DNA of 64,000 nt from Candidatus Methylomirabilia bacterium (GCA_041499965.1 JBGQLG010000008.1:6360-70359), one strand, 5' to 3'; counted from the first letter of the stretch, positions 1 to 11,173 are shown. The notes: generated by a model from the sequence alone, not told the origin. Translations and numbers: made by a program.

Positions 1-447
1 ATGGCCGGCTGGCGGCTGGGCTTCGTGTGCGGCAACGCCAAGATGGTCAACGCGCTGGCCCGCATCAAGTCGTACCTCGACTACGGCGCCTTCCAGCCGA
101 TCCAGATCGCCGGCATCGTGGCGCTGGAGGGCGACCAGAAGTGCGTGGCGGAGATCGTGGAGGTGCACCGCAAGCGGCGCGACCTCCTCGTGGACGGCCT
201 CAACAAGCTCGGCTGGAGCGTGCCCAAGCCCAAGGGGACGATGTTCGTGTGGGCGCCCATCCCGGAGGCGTTTCGCAAGCTGGGCTCGCTGGAGTTCTCC
301 AAGCTCCTCATCCAGGAGGCCCGGGTGGCGGTCTCGCCCGGCATCGGCTTCGGCGAATACGGCGAGGGGTACGTGCGGTTCGCGCTGGTCGAGAACGAGC
401 AGCGCATCCGCCAGGCGCTGCGCGGCCTCAAGCAGCTGGGCCGCTGA
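1..447 (+). CDS. Class I/II PLP aminotransferase, C-terminal fragment (5' end outside window)
   Basis: ORF is open at the window edge. C-terminal aminotransferase-like motifs are present ([22 protein letters not shown]). It lies directly upstream of hom. Confidence 0.8.
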   Translation: MAGWRLGFVCGNAKMVNALARIKSYLDYGAFQPIQIAGIVALEGDQKCVAEIVEVHRKRRDLLVDGLNKLGWSVPKPKGTMFVWAPIPEAFRKLGSLEFSKLLIQEARVAVSPGIGFGEYGEGYVRFALVENEQRIRQALRGLKQLGR

Positions 448-483
448 CGGCGGCCGCCGCCCCCCTATCCATCCGTGCCACCC

Positions 484-1809
<1,326 letters not shown>

Positions 1810-1861
1810 AGACCCCGGAGGGGGGCTCCGCTCCCCTTCGAGGCGGCGCTCGACAGCACCC

Positions 1862-2869
1862 GTGAAGCCGTTCCGCGTCGTCGTCGGCATGGTCATCAGC
1901 GTGGCGCTGTTCGTCTACCTGCTGCGCAGCGTGGATCTGCAGGAGCTGGGGCGGTTGCTGGCGGTGACGCGCTGGGAGTGGGTCCTCCCGGCGGTGGCCG
2001 TGGGACCGCTGGGTGTCTGGGCGCGGGCGATCCGCTGGCGCTACCTCTTTCCGCCGGGCACCCGGCCGCCCGGACTTGTCGCGGCGAATATGATCGGCTA
2101 CATGGCCAACAACGTGCTGCCGCTGCGGGCCGGCGAGTTCGTCCGCGTCTACGTCTCCGCCCGGCGCCTGGCCGCCCGGCCGGAGGGCTCGCTCGCCTCG
2201 AGCGTGTGGCTGAGCGGCGCCACGCTGGTGGTCGAGCGGGCGCTCGACAGTCTCACCCTCGTGCTGATCCTGGCCGTGCTCGTCTTCTTCATCCCGGTGC
2301 CCCCCGCGTTCCAGTGGGCCGCCGCGATCGTCCTGGCGATCGACGCCGTCGTGGCCGCGGTGGGCGTCGCGCTGACCCTCGCCCCCGAGCGCGCCCGCCG
2401 GCTGATCCTGCGCACGAGCCGGCGATGGCCGGGCGTGCAGGCGTCGGTCGCCCACCTGCTCGACGTCGTCCTGCGCGGGCTCGAGGGCGTGCGGGCGCCG
2501 GCGCACCTGTGGCCGCTGGCGGCGTGGACCGTGCTGGTATGGACGCTGAGCGCCGTCGGGGCCTGGTCGTTGTTCCGCGCGGTGCACCTGGATCTGCCCC
2601 TGCTCGCCGGCTGGACGGTCCTGACCTTCGTGGGCTTCGGCGTCAGCATCCCGTCGGCCCCCGGCTACGTCGGCGTGTGGCACGCCGCCACCGTGCTGGC
2701 GCTGTCGACGTTCGGCGTGGGCCAGTCGACCGCGTTCGGCTACGCGCTGCTGTATCACGCCAGCCAGTTCGTGCCGCTCACACTGATCGGTTGGCTGTTC
2801 CTGCTGCGCGAGCACGTGACGCTCGGCGAGGTCACGCGCGTCACCCCGGCGGAGCGGCCCGCCACGTGA
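1862..2869 (+). CDS. Polytopic membrane protein, UPF0104 / lysyl-PG-synthase-TM-like (flippase-like) family
   Basis: 335 aa with about 8 hydrophobic helices. The N-terminus [24 protein letters not shown] and the PLRAGEFVR motif are typical of this family. Confidence 0.7.
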   Translation: MKPFRVVVGMVISVALFVYLLRSVDLQELGRLLAVTRWEWVLPAVAVGPLGVWARAIRWRYLFPPGTRPPGLVAANMIGYMANNVLPLRAGEFVRVYVSARRLAARPEGSLASSVWLSGATLVVERALDSLTLVLILAVLVFFIPVPPAFQWAAAIVLAIDAVVAAVGVALTLAPERARRLILRTSRRWPGVQASVAHLLDVVLRGLEGVRAPAHLWPLAAWTVLVWTLSAVGAWSLFRAVHLDLPLLAGWTVLTFVGFGVSIPSAPGYVGVWHAATVLALSTFGVGQSTAFGYALLYHASQFVPLTLIGWLFLLREHVTLGEVTRVTPAERPAT

Positions 2870-3597
2870 GGCTCACCGACCGGTTCAGCGCCACCGGCGA
2901 CGTCCTGTTCCGGTTGCGGAGCTGGCTGCCCCTGCTCCTGCTGCCGCTGTTCCTGGCGAGCTTCTCGGGGGCCGGCTATCCCTGGGGCTCGCACCGGCTG
3001 GACCTGCTGTGGGAGATCTCCTGCTTCGCGATCTCGGCGCTGGGCATGGCCGTGCGCCTGTTCACCACCGGCACCGCGCCGCGCGGCACCTCGGGCCGCA
3101 ACACCCGCCAGCAGAAGGCCGCCACGCTCAGCACCACCGGCACGTACTCGCTCGTGCGCCATCCGCTCTACCTGGGCAACTACCTCATCGGGCTGGGGAT
3201 GTCGCTGTTCGCGCGCACGTGGTTCCTGCCGCTGATCGTGTCGCTGGCCGCCCTGCTCTATTACGAGCGCATCGCCGCCCGCGAGGAACAGTTCCTCGAC
3301 TCGCGCTTCGGCGACGCCTTCCGGGCGTGGGCGGCCCGCGTTCCGGCCTTCGTACCGCGGTGGCGCGGTTGGCAGCCACCGGCGCTGCCGTTCAGCTGGT
3401 CCCGGGCGCTCGACCGGGAGTTCTACGCGATCGCCGAGATCAGCGTGATCTTCTGGGTGCTCGACGTCATCGAGGACTGGTCGGTGGTGCACGTCTTCGA
3501 GCTCGATCCGGTGTGGACGGTGGTGGCCGCCGCCGGCGCGATCTTCTTCGTCGTCATGTGGAGCCGCAAGAAGCTCGGGCACCGCGCGCGTCGCTGA
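2866..3597 (+). CDS. Membrane methyltransferase, isoprenylcysteine carboxyl methyltransferase (ICMT/PEMT-like) family
   Basis: GTG 2866 overlaps the upstream stop (GTGA). TM protein carrying [23 protein letters not shown]. The upstream part of six-frame ORF 1978..3597 overlaps the previous gene and was discarded. Confidence 0.7.
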   Translation: MRLTDRFSATGDVLFRLRSWLPLLLLPLFLASFSGAGYPWGSHRLDLLWEISCFAISALGMAVRLFTTGTAPRGTSGRNTRQQKAATLSTTGTYSLVRHPLYLGNYLIGLGMSLFARTWFLPLIVSLAALLYYERIAAREEQFLDSRFGDAFRAWAARVPAFVPRWRGWQPPALPFSWSRALDREFYAIAEISVIFWVLDVIEDWSVVHVFELDPVWTVVAAAGAIFFVVMWSRKKLGHRARR

Positions 3598-3620
3598 GCG
3601 GCGGTGGTCGCCCGGGCACC

Positions 3621-3649
3621 TTGCCGCCCCTGGGCGGCGCTGGTAGGAT
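3621..3649 (+). promoter_or_regulatory. Candidate sigma70-type promoter for lysC (TTGCCG-N17-TAGGAT)
   Basis: By-eye hexamer match. The -10 element ends 10 nt before the lysC ATG, so the mRNA would be near-leaderless. Confidence 0.25.
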
Positions 3650-3659
3650 GCGTGGGCTT

Positions 3660-4886
3660 ATGGCGCTCATCGTCCAGAAATACGGTGGGTCGTCGGTCGC
3701 GGACGCCGAAAAGATCAAGAACGTCGCCCGCCGGGTGGCCGAGAGCGCGCCCGGGCACCAGGTGGTGGTCGTCGTCTCCGCCATGGGCAAGACCACCGAC
3801 GGACTGCTCGCCCTCGCGCGCCAGATCACCGCCGCGCCCGATCCCCGCGAGATGGACATGCTCCTGGCCACGGGCGAGCAGGTCACCATCGCGCTGCTGG
3901 CCGTCGCGCTGCAGGCGCTCGGCTTCAAGGCGCGCTCGCTCACCGGCCCCCAGGCCGGGCTGCGCACCGACCGCGCCCACACCCAGGCCCGCCTCACGCA
4001 GATCACCGCCGAGCGCGTGCGGGCCACGCTCGACGCCGGGGCCGTGGCGGTGGTGGCCGGCTTCCAGGGGCTGAGCGACGACGACGAGATCACCACGCTG
4101 GGCCGCGGCGGCTCCGACCTCACCGCGGTGGCCCTGGCCGCCGCGCTGAAGGCCGACGTGTGCGAGATCTACACCGACGTCGACGGCGTCTACACCGCCG
4201 ATCCCAACGTCGTCCCCGACGCGCGCAAGCTGCCGCGGGTGGCCTACGACGAGATGCTGGAGATGGCCAGTCTCGGCGCCAAGGTCTTGCAGGCGCGCTC
4301 GGTGGAGTTCGCCAAGAAGTACGGGGTGACGGTGCACGTGCGCTCGACGTTCAAGCCCGACCCCGGCACGATCGTCACCCGAGAGGAGCGCGGGATGGAA
4401 GACGTCGTCGTCACCGGCATCACGCACGACCGCAGCCAGGCGAAGATCTCGCTGTTGCGCGTGCCCGACCGGCCGGGCATCGCCGCCCAGGTCTTCGGCG
4501 CCCTCGGGGCCAAGCGCATCGTGCTGGATATGATCGTGCAGAACATCAGCCGCGACGGCTACACCGACATCTCGTTCACCGTGCCCCGCGGCGACGCCGC
4601 CCCCGCCACCGCCGCCCTGGAGGAGATCGCCCGGGCCATCGGGGCGGCGGGGGTCGTGCACGACGAGCGGGTGGCCAAGATCTCCATCGTCGGCGTCGGC
4701 ATGCGCAGCCACTCCGGGGTGGCGGCCCGCATGTTTGGCGCTCTGGCCCGCGAGGGCATCAACATCCAGATGATCTCCACCTCGGAGATCGCCACCTCGT
4801 GCGTCATCGAGGACAAGTACGCCGAGCTGGCCGTGCGCGCCCTGCACGACGCGTTCGAGCTCGGCATCGAAGGGGTCCGGGCGTGA
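3660..4886 (+). CDS. lysC: Aspartate kinase
   Basis: N-terminus [10 protein letters not shown] and [12 protein letters not shown], with a C-terminal tandem ACT region. ATG 3660 was chosen inside the longer six-frame ORF. Confidence 0.95.
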   Translation: MALIVQKYGGSSVADAEKIKNVARRVAESAPGHQVVVVVSAMGKTTDGLLALARQITAAPDPREMDMLLATGEQVTIALLAVALQALGFKARSLTGPQAGLRTDRAHTQARLTQITAERVRATLDAGAVAVVAGFQGLSDDDEITTLGRGGSDLTAVALAAALKADVCEIYTDVDGVYTADPNVVPDARKLPRVAYDEMLEMASLGAKVLQARSVEFAKKYGVTVHVRSTFKPDPGTIVTREERGMEDVVVTGITHDRSQAKISLLRVPDRPGIAAQVFGALGAKRIVLDMIVQNISRDGYTDISFTVPRGDAAPATAALEEIARAIGAAGVVHDERVAKISIVGVGMRSHSGVAARMFGALAREGINIQMISTSEIATSCVIEDKYAELAVRALHDAFELGIEGVRA

Positions 4887-5995
4887 TCACCGGCAAGGCG
4901 GCCGTCTTCTTCGGCCCCGGCCAGCCGTTCGAGATCCGCCAGGTGACGCTGCCCGAGGTCGAGCCGGAGGCGGTCGTCATTCGCGTGTCGCTGGCCAACG
5001 TGTGCGGCTCCGACCTGCACTTCTGGCGCGGCGACGCGGCGCTCAAGCTGCCCGCCGACGGCTGGATCTTCGGCCACGAGATGATGGGCCGGGTCGCCCA
5101 CCTGGGCGCGAAGGTGAAGACCGACTCGCTCGGCCGCCCGCTCAAGGAGGGCGACCGCGTCGCCTACACGTACTTCTACCCGTGCGGCCGCTGCTACGCG
5201 TGCCTCAACAAGGAGCCGGCCAACTGCCCGGCCAAGATCGAGCGGCCGCGCGGCCCCGGCGAGTTCCCGCATTTCCATGGCGCCTTCGCCGAGTACTACT
5301 ACCTGCGACCCGGGGGGGCACTCTTCCTGGTTCCCGACTCGCTTCCCGATGCGCTGGTCTCTCCGGTGAACTGCGCGCTCTCCCAGGTCATCTACGGCCT
5401 GCACCAGGCCGGGCTGCGCTTCGGCGGCAGCGTCGTGATCCAGGGCGCCGGCGGGCTCGGTCTCCAGGCGGCGGCGGTGGCCAAGGACATGGGCGCGGCC
5501 ACCGTGATCGTGATCGACCAGATCCCCGGCCGGCTCGAGCTGGCGCGGGCCTTCGGCGCCGACCACACGATCAACCTCAAAGACGTCACCGAGCGCAAGG
5601 ACCGCGTGCACCTCGTGCGCACGTACACGGGCGGCGCCGGCGCCGACGTGGCCTGCGACTTCGTCGGCTTCCCACAGGTGATCCCCGAGGGCCTGGAGAT
5701 GCTGCGGACCGGCGGCACCTATCTCGAGATCGGCACGATCAGCCGCGGCGCCAAGGTCGAGCTGGAGCCGGCCCAGCTGGTCTGGGGCGCCAAGAAGATC
5801 GTCGGCGTCATCATGTACGATGCCTGGGTGATTCCGCGCGCGCTCGATTTCCTGGTGCGCAACCGCACGCGCTGGCCGTTCGACAGGCTCGTGTCCCACA
5901 CCTATCCCCTCGAGCAGATCAACAAGGCCTTCGCCGATTCCGAGTGGCACGGCCGGGAGACCACGACCATCACACGGGCGGCCTTGATCCCATGA
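4883..5995 (+). CDS. Zinc-dependent alcohol dehydrogenase family (MDR) oxidoreductase
   Basis: GTG 4883 overlaps the lysC stop (GTGA). Motifs: [14 protein letters not shown], structural-zinc cluster [15 protein letters not shown], Rossmann GAGGLG. Confidence 0.85.
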   Translation: MITGKAAVFFGPGQPFEIRQVTLPEVEPEAVVIRVSLANVCGSDLHFWRGDAALKLPADGWIFGHEMMGRVAHLGAKVKTDSLGRPLKEGDRVAYTYFYPCGRCYACLNKEPANCPAKIERPRGPGEFPHFHGAFAEYYYLRPGGALFLVPDSLPDALVSPVNCALSQVIYGLHQAGLRFGGSVVIQGAGGLGLQAAAVAKDMGAATVIVIDQIPGRLELARAFGADHTINLKDVTERKDRVHLVRTYTGGAGADVACDFVGFPQVIPEGLEMLRTGGTYLEIGTISRGAKVELEPAQLVWGAKKIVGVIMYDAWVIPRALDFLVRNRTRWPFDRLVSHTYPLEQINKAFADSEWHGRETTTITRAALIP

Positions 5996-6345
5996 AGGAC
6001 CTGCGCAAGCGTTTGGAGCGGGAGCGGCAGCTGGCGGCGAGCCGGCTGCGCCAGATGGGCGGCTCGATCACGCTGGAGGAGACGGCGACGCCGGCCGACA
6101 GCGTGTGGGACGAGGCCGATCACATCCAGGCCAGCGAGCAGCGCGAGATGGGCCTGATGAGCCGCGAGCGGCTCTTCGAGCGCATCGAGCGGATCACCGC
6201 TGCCCTCACGCGCATGGACGACGGCACCTACGGCACCTGTGTGGAGTGCGGCAAGCCCATCGCGCCCGCGCGCCTCAAGGCGCTGCCCGAGGCGACCACC
6301 TGCGTGACCTGCCAGGAGAAGATCGAGCGCGGCGGCGACGCCTGA
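5992..6345 (+). CDS. DksA/TraR family C4-type zinc-finger protein
   Basis: ATGA overlap with the upstream stop. 117 aa with a coiled-coil N-terminus and the four-Cys finger CVECG...CVTC. Confidence 0.8.
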   Translation: MKDLRKRLERERQLAASRLRQMGGSITLEETATPADSVWDEADHIQASEQREMGLMSRERLFERIERITAALTRMDDGTYGTCVECGKPIAPARLKALPEATTCVTCQEKIERGGDA

Positions 6346-6401
6346 CCGTCTGCTTTCGTCCACTCTAGCCGCGGGCGGCGGCGGCGTGCGATGGTCCGCT
6401 C

Positions 6402-6800
6402 GTGGCGCTCTACTCGCGACACCAGCTGCTGCTCATCCTCCTCCTCGCCGGCGCCGCCGGCGCCGGCCTCGCCATCGATCACTGGCGTCGCGCGCGCCCG
6501 GAGCTGACCGAGCGACTCGAGGCGCTCGATCGTGTCGAGCGGCGCGAGACCGCGCCCTCGTTGCCGCGCGCCGCCGCGCGCCGTCCGCGTCCCGGACCGC
6601 CGGCGCAGCCGCTCGACGTCAACGTCGCCAGCGAGGCGGAGCTGGCGCGGCTGCCGGGTGTCGGCGCGGCGCTCGCCTCGCGCATCGTGGCGGCGCGGCC
6701 GTTCGCCGAGGTCGAGGACCTGCGCCGGGTGCGCGGCTTGCGCCGGGCGACGCTCGAGCGCCTCCGGCCCTTCGTGACCGTCGCCGACGATGCCCGATGA
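6402..6800 (+). CDS. comEA: ComEA-like helix-hairpin-helix DNA-binding competence protein
   Basis: N-terminal TM anchor plus a C-terminal HhH motif (LDVNVASEAELARLPGVGAALASRIV). Confidence 0.8.
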   Translation: MALYSRHQLLLILLLAGAAGAGLAIDHWRRARPELTERLEALDRVERRETAPSLPRAAARRPRPGPPAQPLDVNVASEAELARLPGVGAALASRIVAARPFAEVEDLRRVRGLRRATLERLRPFVTVADDAR

Positions 6801-9070
6801 GCCGTCCGCTATCCGCGCGCGTCCCGGTCGTGCCGCTGGCCGCGGCGTTCGCCGGAGGAATCGCGGCGGCGCCGATGGCCACCGTGACGATCGGGGTCGC
6901 GGTGTGGGCGGCGACGGTGCTGGTGGCCGGCGTGCTCGTCGCCCTCGGCCGGCCGGGGACGGCGACCGCGGTGGCGCTGCTGGCGGTCGGGGCGGTCGGC
7001 GTCCTCCGGGCCTGCGAGCCCCCGGCCGCGGCGGATCACGTGAGCCGGCTGGCGCTGCCGCTCGGCGCGCGGATCGAGGCACGGCTGGTCGACGAGCCCA
7101 TCCGGTGGACGCCGGACCGGGCCCGACTCCTGGTCGAGGTCGAGCGCGTGGATGGCGAGACACGCACGGGCACGATGCAGCTCACCGCGTACGGGCCGAT
7201 CCCGCCCCTGGCCACCGGCCAGCGCATCGCCGCCGAGGCGCGGCTCGACCAGCCTCGCGGCTTTCGCAATCCGGGGACGTTCGACTACGCCGAGCGGCTG
7301 CAGCGCCTCGGCATCGCCGCCGTCGGCAGCGCGCGCGGCGAGCGCATCGTCGCGCTGGACGAGCGCGAGCCGCCCTGGCCCGCGCGCTTCAGGCGGCGGG
7401 CGGTGACGGCCATGCGCGAGGCCTTGCCGCCGGTCTCGGCCGCGCTGCTGGCCGGGCTGCTGCTGGGCGAGCGCACCGATCTGCCGCCCGACGTCGACGC
7501 GGCCTTCCGCCGGGCCGGCGTCTATCACGTGCTGGCGGTGTCGGGCTTCAACGTCGCGCTGGTGGCGGCGACGGTGTGGGCGCTGCTCGCGCTGGCCCGC
7601 GCGCCCCGCCGGGTGGCCGCCCTCGGCGCGCTGGCCGTCGTCGTGGCCTTTGCGGCCGTGGTCGGCGCGCAGCCCTCGGTGCTGCGCGCGACGCTCATGG
7701 CGGTGCTGGTGCTCCTGGCCCTGCTGCTCGAGCGGGAGGCATCGGTGCTGAACAGCCTGGCCGTCGCGGCGCTGGCGATCCTGGCCGTGCGTCCGACCGA
7801 CCTGCACGATCCCGGCTTCCAGCTCTCGTTCGCCGCCACCGCCGGAATCGTGCTGGCCCCGATGCCGCGCGGCCGCTTGGCGGCCGCGCTGGCGGTCAGT
7901 GCCGCCGCCCAGCTCGCCGTCCTGCCGATCGGCCTGGCGCACTTCAACCAGCTATCGACGATCGGCCTGCTCGCCAACCTCGGCGTCGTGCCGCTGGCCG
8001 GTCTCGCCACCGTCCTGGGTCTCGTGGCGATCGCCGCCGGCTTCGCGAGCGACGCGCTGGCCGGGTGGCTCTTCTCGGCGGCGTGGCCGATCCTGATCGC
8101 CCTGCGCGGCGTGGTGGCAGTCGCCGCCATGGTCCCCGGCGCCGTCGTTCACCTGCCGGCGCCCGGCCCCGTGGCGGTGTGCGCCTACGTGGTCGCGCTG
8201 GCGCTCGGCCTCGGGGCCTGGCACCTGCGTGAGACGCGGCGGCGCCGCGCGCGGTGGCTGGCCGCCGGCGCCGGCGGCCTCGTCGTCCTCAGCGGACTGG
8301 CGACGCTGGGGCCGGCGCTGCGCCCGGCCGACGGACGGCTGCGCGTGAGCGTGCTCGACGTCGGCCAGGGCGACGCGATCGTGGTGGAGGGCCCGGACGG
8401 GCGGACGGTGCTCGTCGACGCGGGCGCCGGCGGACCCTACCGGCTCGACGCGGGCGAGCGCGTCGTGGCGCCGTTCCTGTGGAACCGCGGCGTCCTGCGC
8501 CTGGCGGCGACCGTCGTCACGCACGACGACGCCGATCACGCCGGCGGCATGGCCGCCGTGCGCGAGCGCTTCACGGTCCGCGAGCGCTGGGATGGCGCGG
8601 CCGACGCCGGCCCCCTGGCGCTGGGCGGCGCCATCATCACACCGCTGGCCGCCGCCGACAGCGGTCGCAACGACGCCGCCCGCGTCCTGCGCGTCGACTT
8701 CGGCCTCGTCTCGGTGCTGCTCGCCTCCGACCTCGAGGCCGCCGGCGAGCAGGCGCTCGTCTCCTCCGGCGCGCCGCTCGCCGCCGCCGTGCTCAAGGTG
8801 CCCCACCACGGCTCGCGCACCTCGAGCGGCTCCGGCCTGCTCGCGGCCGTCCGTCCCTCGATCGCCCTCATCTCCGTCGGCGCCCGCAACACCTACGGCC
8901 ACCCCGATCCCGGCGTCCTCGCCCGCCTCACCGCCGCCGGCGCCGACGTCTACCGCACGGACCAGGATGGCGCCCTGCTCCTCGAAACCGACGGCCGCAC
9001 GCTCACCGTCACTCGCTGGGCCTCGCGCTCGACCGTCCGCTACTGCCTCGACCCCGAAACGCCCTGCTGA
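6797..9070 (+). CDS. comEC: DNA internalization competence protein ComEC/Rec2
   Basis: ATGA overlap with comEA. Multi-TM competence domain plus a C-terminal metallo-beta-lactamase domain (VLDVGQGDA, THDDADHAGG, PHHGS). Confidence 0.9.
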   Translation: MSRPLSARVPVVPLAAAFAGGIAAAPMATVTIGVAVWAATVLVAGVLVALGRPGTATAVALLAVGAVGVLRACEPPAAADHVSRLALPLGARIEARLVDEPIRWTPDRARLLVEVERVDGETRTGTMQLTAYGPIPPLATGQRIAAEARLDQPRGFRNPGTFDYAERLQRLGIAAVGSARGERIVALDEREPPWPARFRRRAVTAMREALPPVSAALLAGLLLGERTDLPPDVDAAFRRAGVYHVLAVSGFNVALVAATVWALLALARAPRRVAALGALAVVVAFAAVVGAQPSVLRATLMAVLVLLALLLEREASVLNSLAVAALAILAVRPTDLHDPGFQLSFAATAGIVLAPMPRGRLAAALAVSAAAQLAVLPIGLAHFNQLSTIGLLANLGVVPLAGLATVLGLVAIAAGFASDALAGWLFSAAWPILIALRGVVAVAAMVPGAVVHLPAPGPVAVCAYVVALALGLGAWHLRETRRRRARWLAAGAGGLVVLSGLATLGPALRPADGRLRVSVLDVGQGDAIVVEGPDGRTVLVDAGAGGPYRLDAGERVVAPFLWNRGVLRLAATVVTHDDADHAGGMAAVRERFTVRERWDGAADAGPLALGGAIITPLAAADSGRNDAARVLRVDFGLVSVLLASDLEAAGEQALVSSGAPLAAAVLKVPHHGSRTSSGSGLLAAVRPSIALISVGARNTYGHPDPGVLARLTAAGADVYRTDQDGALLLETDGRTLTVTRWASRSTVRYCLDPETPC

Positions 9071-9087
9071 CGTTGAGTTGCACCGCT

Positions 9088-9364
9088 CGCGTGGTGTGGG
9101 TCGGAGGCGGGAGGACGCGCTGGGGCCGGCGCAGGCGCCGCGGGCGCGCCTGCATGACTCGCCTGTCGCCGTAACTCGCTCCGGGCGCGGCGAGCGCGGG
9201 CCCCCCATCCCCCCGAGGGGGTTGGGTTGCCGGCCAATCGAGACGTGTGCGACGCGCTCGCCGCGCCCTGCGCTCGAACGGCGACGACGGCTCGCCATGG
9301 AGGCACGCCCGCGGCGCCTGCGCCGGCCCCAGCGCGTCCTCCCGCCTCCGACCCACACCACGCG
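9088..9364. repeat. Nested inverted-repeat element, family A copy 1 (59-nt perfect outer arms 9088-9146 / 9306-9364)
   Basis: The arms are exact reverse complements. The inner ~170 nt is homologous to 61815-62093. It contains the C/G-tract core GGGCCCCCCATCCCCCCGAGGGGGTTGGG at 9198-9228. Confidence 0.85.
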
Positions 9365-9387
9365 GCACGCTACGTCGCGGCGCAATT

Positions 9388-9396
9388 TGTTAGAAT
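9388..9396 (+). promoter_or_regulatory. Extended -10 element (TGtTAGAAT) for dapL
   Basis: The hexamer ends 7 nt before the dapL ATG (9404) and no SD sequence is visible, which implies a leaderless mRNA. Confidence 0.3.
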
Positions 9397-9403
9397 TCGC
9401 GGC

Positions 9404-10639
9404 ATGGCGAATGTCAATGAGCACTACTTGAAGTTGAAGAGCAGCTATTTGTTCAGCGAGATTGCGCGACGGGTGCGGGAGTTTCAGGAGGCACATGCGG
9501 ATGCGCGCATCATCCGGCTCGGCATCGGGGACGTGACGCAGCCGCTGACGCCGAGCGTGATCCGCGCGCTGCACGAGGCGGTGGACGAGATGGCGCGGGC
9601 CGAGACCTTCCGCGGCTACGGGCCGGAGACCGGCTACGATTTCCTGACCACGCTCGTCGCCAAGCACGACTACGGCGCCCGCGGCGTGACCATCGCGCCC
9701 GACGAGATCTTCGTCAGCGACGGCAGCAAGAGCGACAGCGGCAACATCCAGGAGATCTTCGCGGCCGACGCCACGGTCGCCCTCACCGACCCGGTGTATC
9801 CGGTCTATCTCGACAGCAACGTGATGGCCGGGCGCGCCGGCACCGCCGACGAGCGCGGGCGCTACAGCCGCATCGTCTATTTGCCCTGCACGGCCGAGAA
9901 CGGCTTCCAGCCGCCGGTGCCCGACCGGCCGGTGGACATGGTCTACCTGTGTTTTCCGAACAACCCGACCGGCAGCGTGCTGACGAAGCCGGCGCTGAAG
10001 GCGTGGGTCGACTGGGCGCGGGCCAACGGGGCCGTCCTGCTCTTCGACGCCGCGTACGAGGCCTACATCCGCGATCCCGAGATCCCGCACTCGATCTACG
10101 AGGTCGAGGGCGCGCGCGAGGTGGCCATCGAGTTCCGCTCGTTCTCCAAGAGCGCGGGCTTCACCGGCACCCGCTGCGCGTTCACGGTCGTGCCCAAGGA
10201 CGTGATGGGACGCACGGCCAGGGGCGAGCGGGTGCCCCTGAACGGGCTGTGGCTACGCCGGCAGTCGACAAAGTTCAACAGCGTGCCGTACGTCATCCAG
10301 AAGGCCGCCGCCGCCGTCTACACGGACGAGGGGCAGCGCGAGGTGCGGGGGCTGGTCGACTTCTACATGGAGAACGCGCGCATCATCCGCGGCGGCCTGG
10401 AGAGCGCCGGCCTCACCGTCTACGGCGGGCGCAACGCGCCCTACATCTGGATCAAGATGGCCCCCGGCCAGTCATCGTGGGATTTCTTCGACAAGCTCCT
10501 GGGCCAGGCCCACGTCGTCGGGACACCGGGCTCGGGGTTCGGGCCGAGCGGCGAGGGTTATTTCCGGCTGACGGCGTTCGGCTCGCGCGCCCAGACCGAA
10601 GAAGCCATCACCCGCATCAAGACTCGCCTCACTCGCTAG
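9404..10639 (+). CDS. dapL: LL-diaminopimelate aminotransferase
   Basis: N-terminus [22 protein letters not shown] and the PLP-lysine region [13 protein letters not shown] are typical of DapL. 411 aa. Confidence 0.85.
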   Translation: MANVNEHYLKLKSSYLFSEIARRVREFQEAHADARIIRLGIGDVTQPLTPSVIRALHEAVDEMARAETFRGYGPETGYDFLTTLVAKHDYGARGVTIAPDEIFVSDGSKSDSGNIQEIFAADATVALTDPVYPVYLDSNVMAGRAGTADERGRYSRIVYLPCTAENGFQPPVPDRPVDMVYLCFPNNPTGSVLTKPALKAWVDWARANGAVLLFDAAYEAYIRDPEIPHSIYEVEGAREVAIEFRSFSKSAGFTGTRCAFTVVPKDVMGRTARGERVPLNGLWLRRQSTKFNSVPYVIQKAAAAVYTDEGQREVRGLVDFYMENARIIRGGLESAGLTVYGGRNAPYIWIKMAPGQSSWDFFDKLLGQAHVVGTPGSGFGPSGEGYFRLTAFGSRAQTEEAITRIKTRLTR

Positions 10640-10646
10640 CGGCGCC

Positions 10647-10795
10647 GGCCGCGCGGGCGGGGGGCCCTGAGGGGTCCGCCGACCACGGGGCCGGGGCGCT
10701 GGACGCGTCGCGTTTTCCATACGACGCGTCCCGCCTGCCTGCGCTGGGAGTGAAACGGGTCGGCGGACCCCTCAGCGCCCCCCGCCCGCGCGGCC
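10647..10795. repeat. Nested palindromic element (family B): 37-nt arms 10647-10683 / 10759-10795 plus inner 10-bp hairpin 10701-10731
   Basis: The arms are complementary with 2 mismatches. The inner stem is GGACGCGTCG...CGACGCGTCC. The element starts 7 nt after the dapL stop. Confidence 0.8.
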
Positions 10796-10930
10796 TCCCC
10801 CGTTGTGAGTGAGCCCACGAGCCCCGGCGCGCGGTGAGCTTCCGCGTCCCACACACGCCGCCTCAGCCATCCGACCTCAACGCAGCCACTCCGAGTATCG
10901 CGCCAACGCGAGGTCGCACAGAGAGCGCCA

Positions 10931-11028
10931 ATGGCACCGCGACTCGGGGTAAACACGGTCGCTGCGTGTGTCGACAAGATGCCACCGGCGACTCTGGGTA
11001 AACACAGCAATTGCGCGTGGTCGACAGG
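10931..11028 (+). repeat. Two tandem ~49-nt direct repeats in a non-coding spacer
   Basis: 10931-10978 and 10979-11028 share CACCG(C/G)CGACTC(G/T)GGGTAAACAC...GCGTG(T/-)GTCGACA(A/G)G. Local GC is lower than the surroundings. Confidence 0.7.
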
Positions 11029-11092
11029 ACGCCAGCCGAGCCCAGGCGTGCGGGACCGATTGCGCTCAGCCCGTCAGCACGTTCGCGTTCGA

Positions 11093-11111
11093 GCGCCGGC
11101 TTCGCCGGCGC
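11093..11111 (+). terminator. GC hairpin (GCGCCGGC-TTC-GCCGGCGC) followed by AATCCTGCTTT
   Basis: Perfect 8-bp stem with a weak U-tract. It lies 65 nt downstream of the tandem 49-nt repeats. Confidence 0.3.
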
Positions 11112-11173
11112 AATCCTGCTTTGGGTCTAGGGGGGAGGCAGGGAGGAGCGCGCCGTCAGGCGCGCGACGACCG

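Noticed and set aside
1978-2865. The N-terminal 296 codons of ORF 1978..3597.
   Set aside because: They overlap the well-formed membrane-protein gene 1862..2869 in another frame. The hydrophobic ICMT-like protein begins at GTG 2866.
3598-3659. Lysine (L-box) riboswitch upstream of lysC.
   Set aside because: The intergenic region is only 62 nt, far too short for an L-box, and no conserved riboswitch elements are visible.
9198-9228. Conserved peptide PNPL(G/W)GMGGP...PERVTATGE encoded by the repeat cores (also 45541-45570 and 61954-61982) as a possible small protein family.
   Set aside because: The conservation is at the nucleotide level within inverted-repeat elements. There is no start codon or RBS, and the frames run into neighbouring genes. 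The similarity is explained by the DNA repeat.
7952-10090. 712-aa minus-strand ORF antisense to comEC and dapL. Many similar long ORFs occur elsewhere (for example 6228..7163, 6809..7942).
   Set aside because: This is the typical high-GC antisense or off-frame open frame. It is Arg/Gly/Pro/Ala-rich and low in complexity, has no recognisable motifs, and fully overlaps strongly supported genes.
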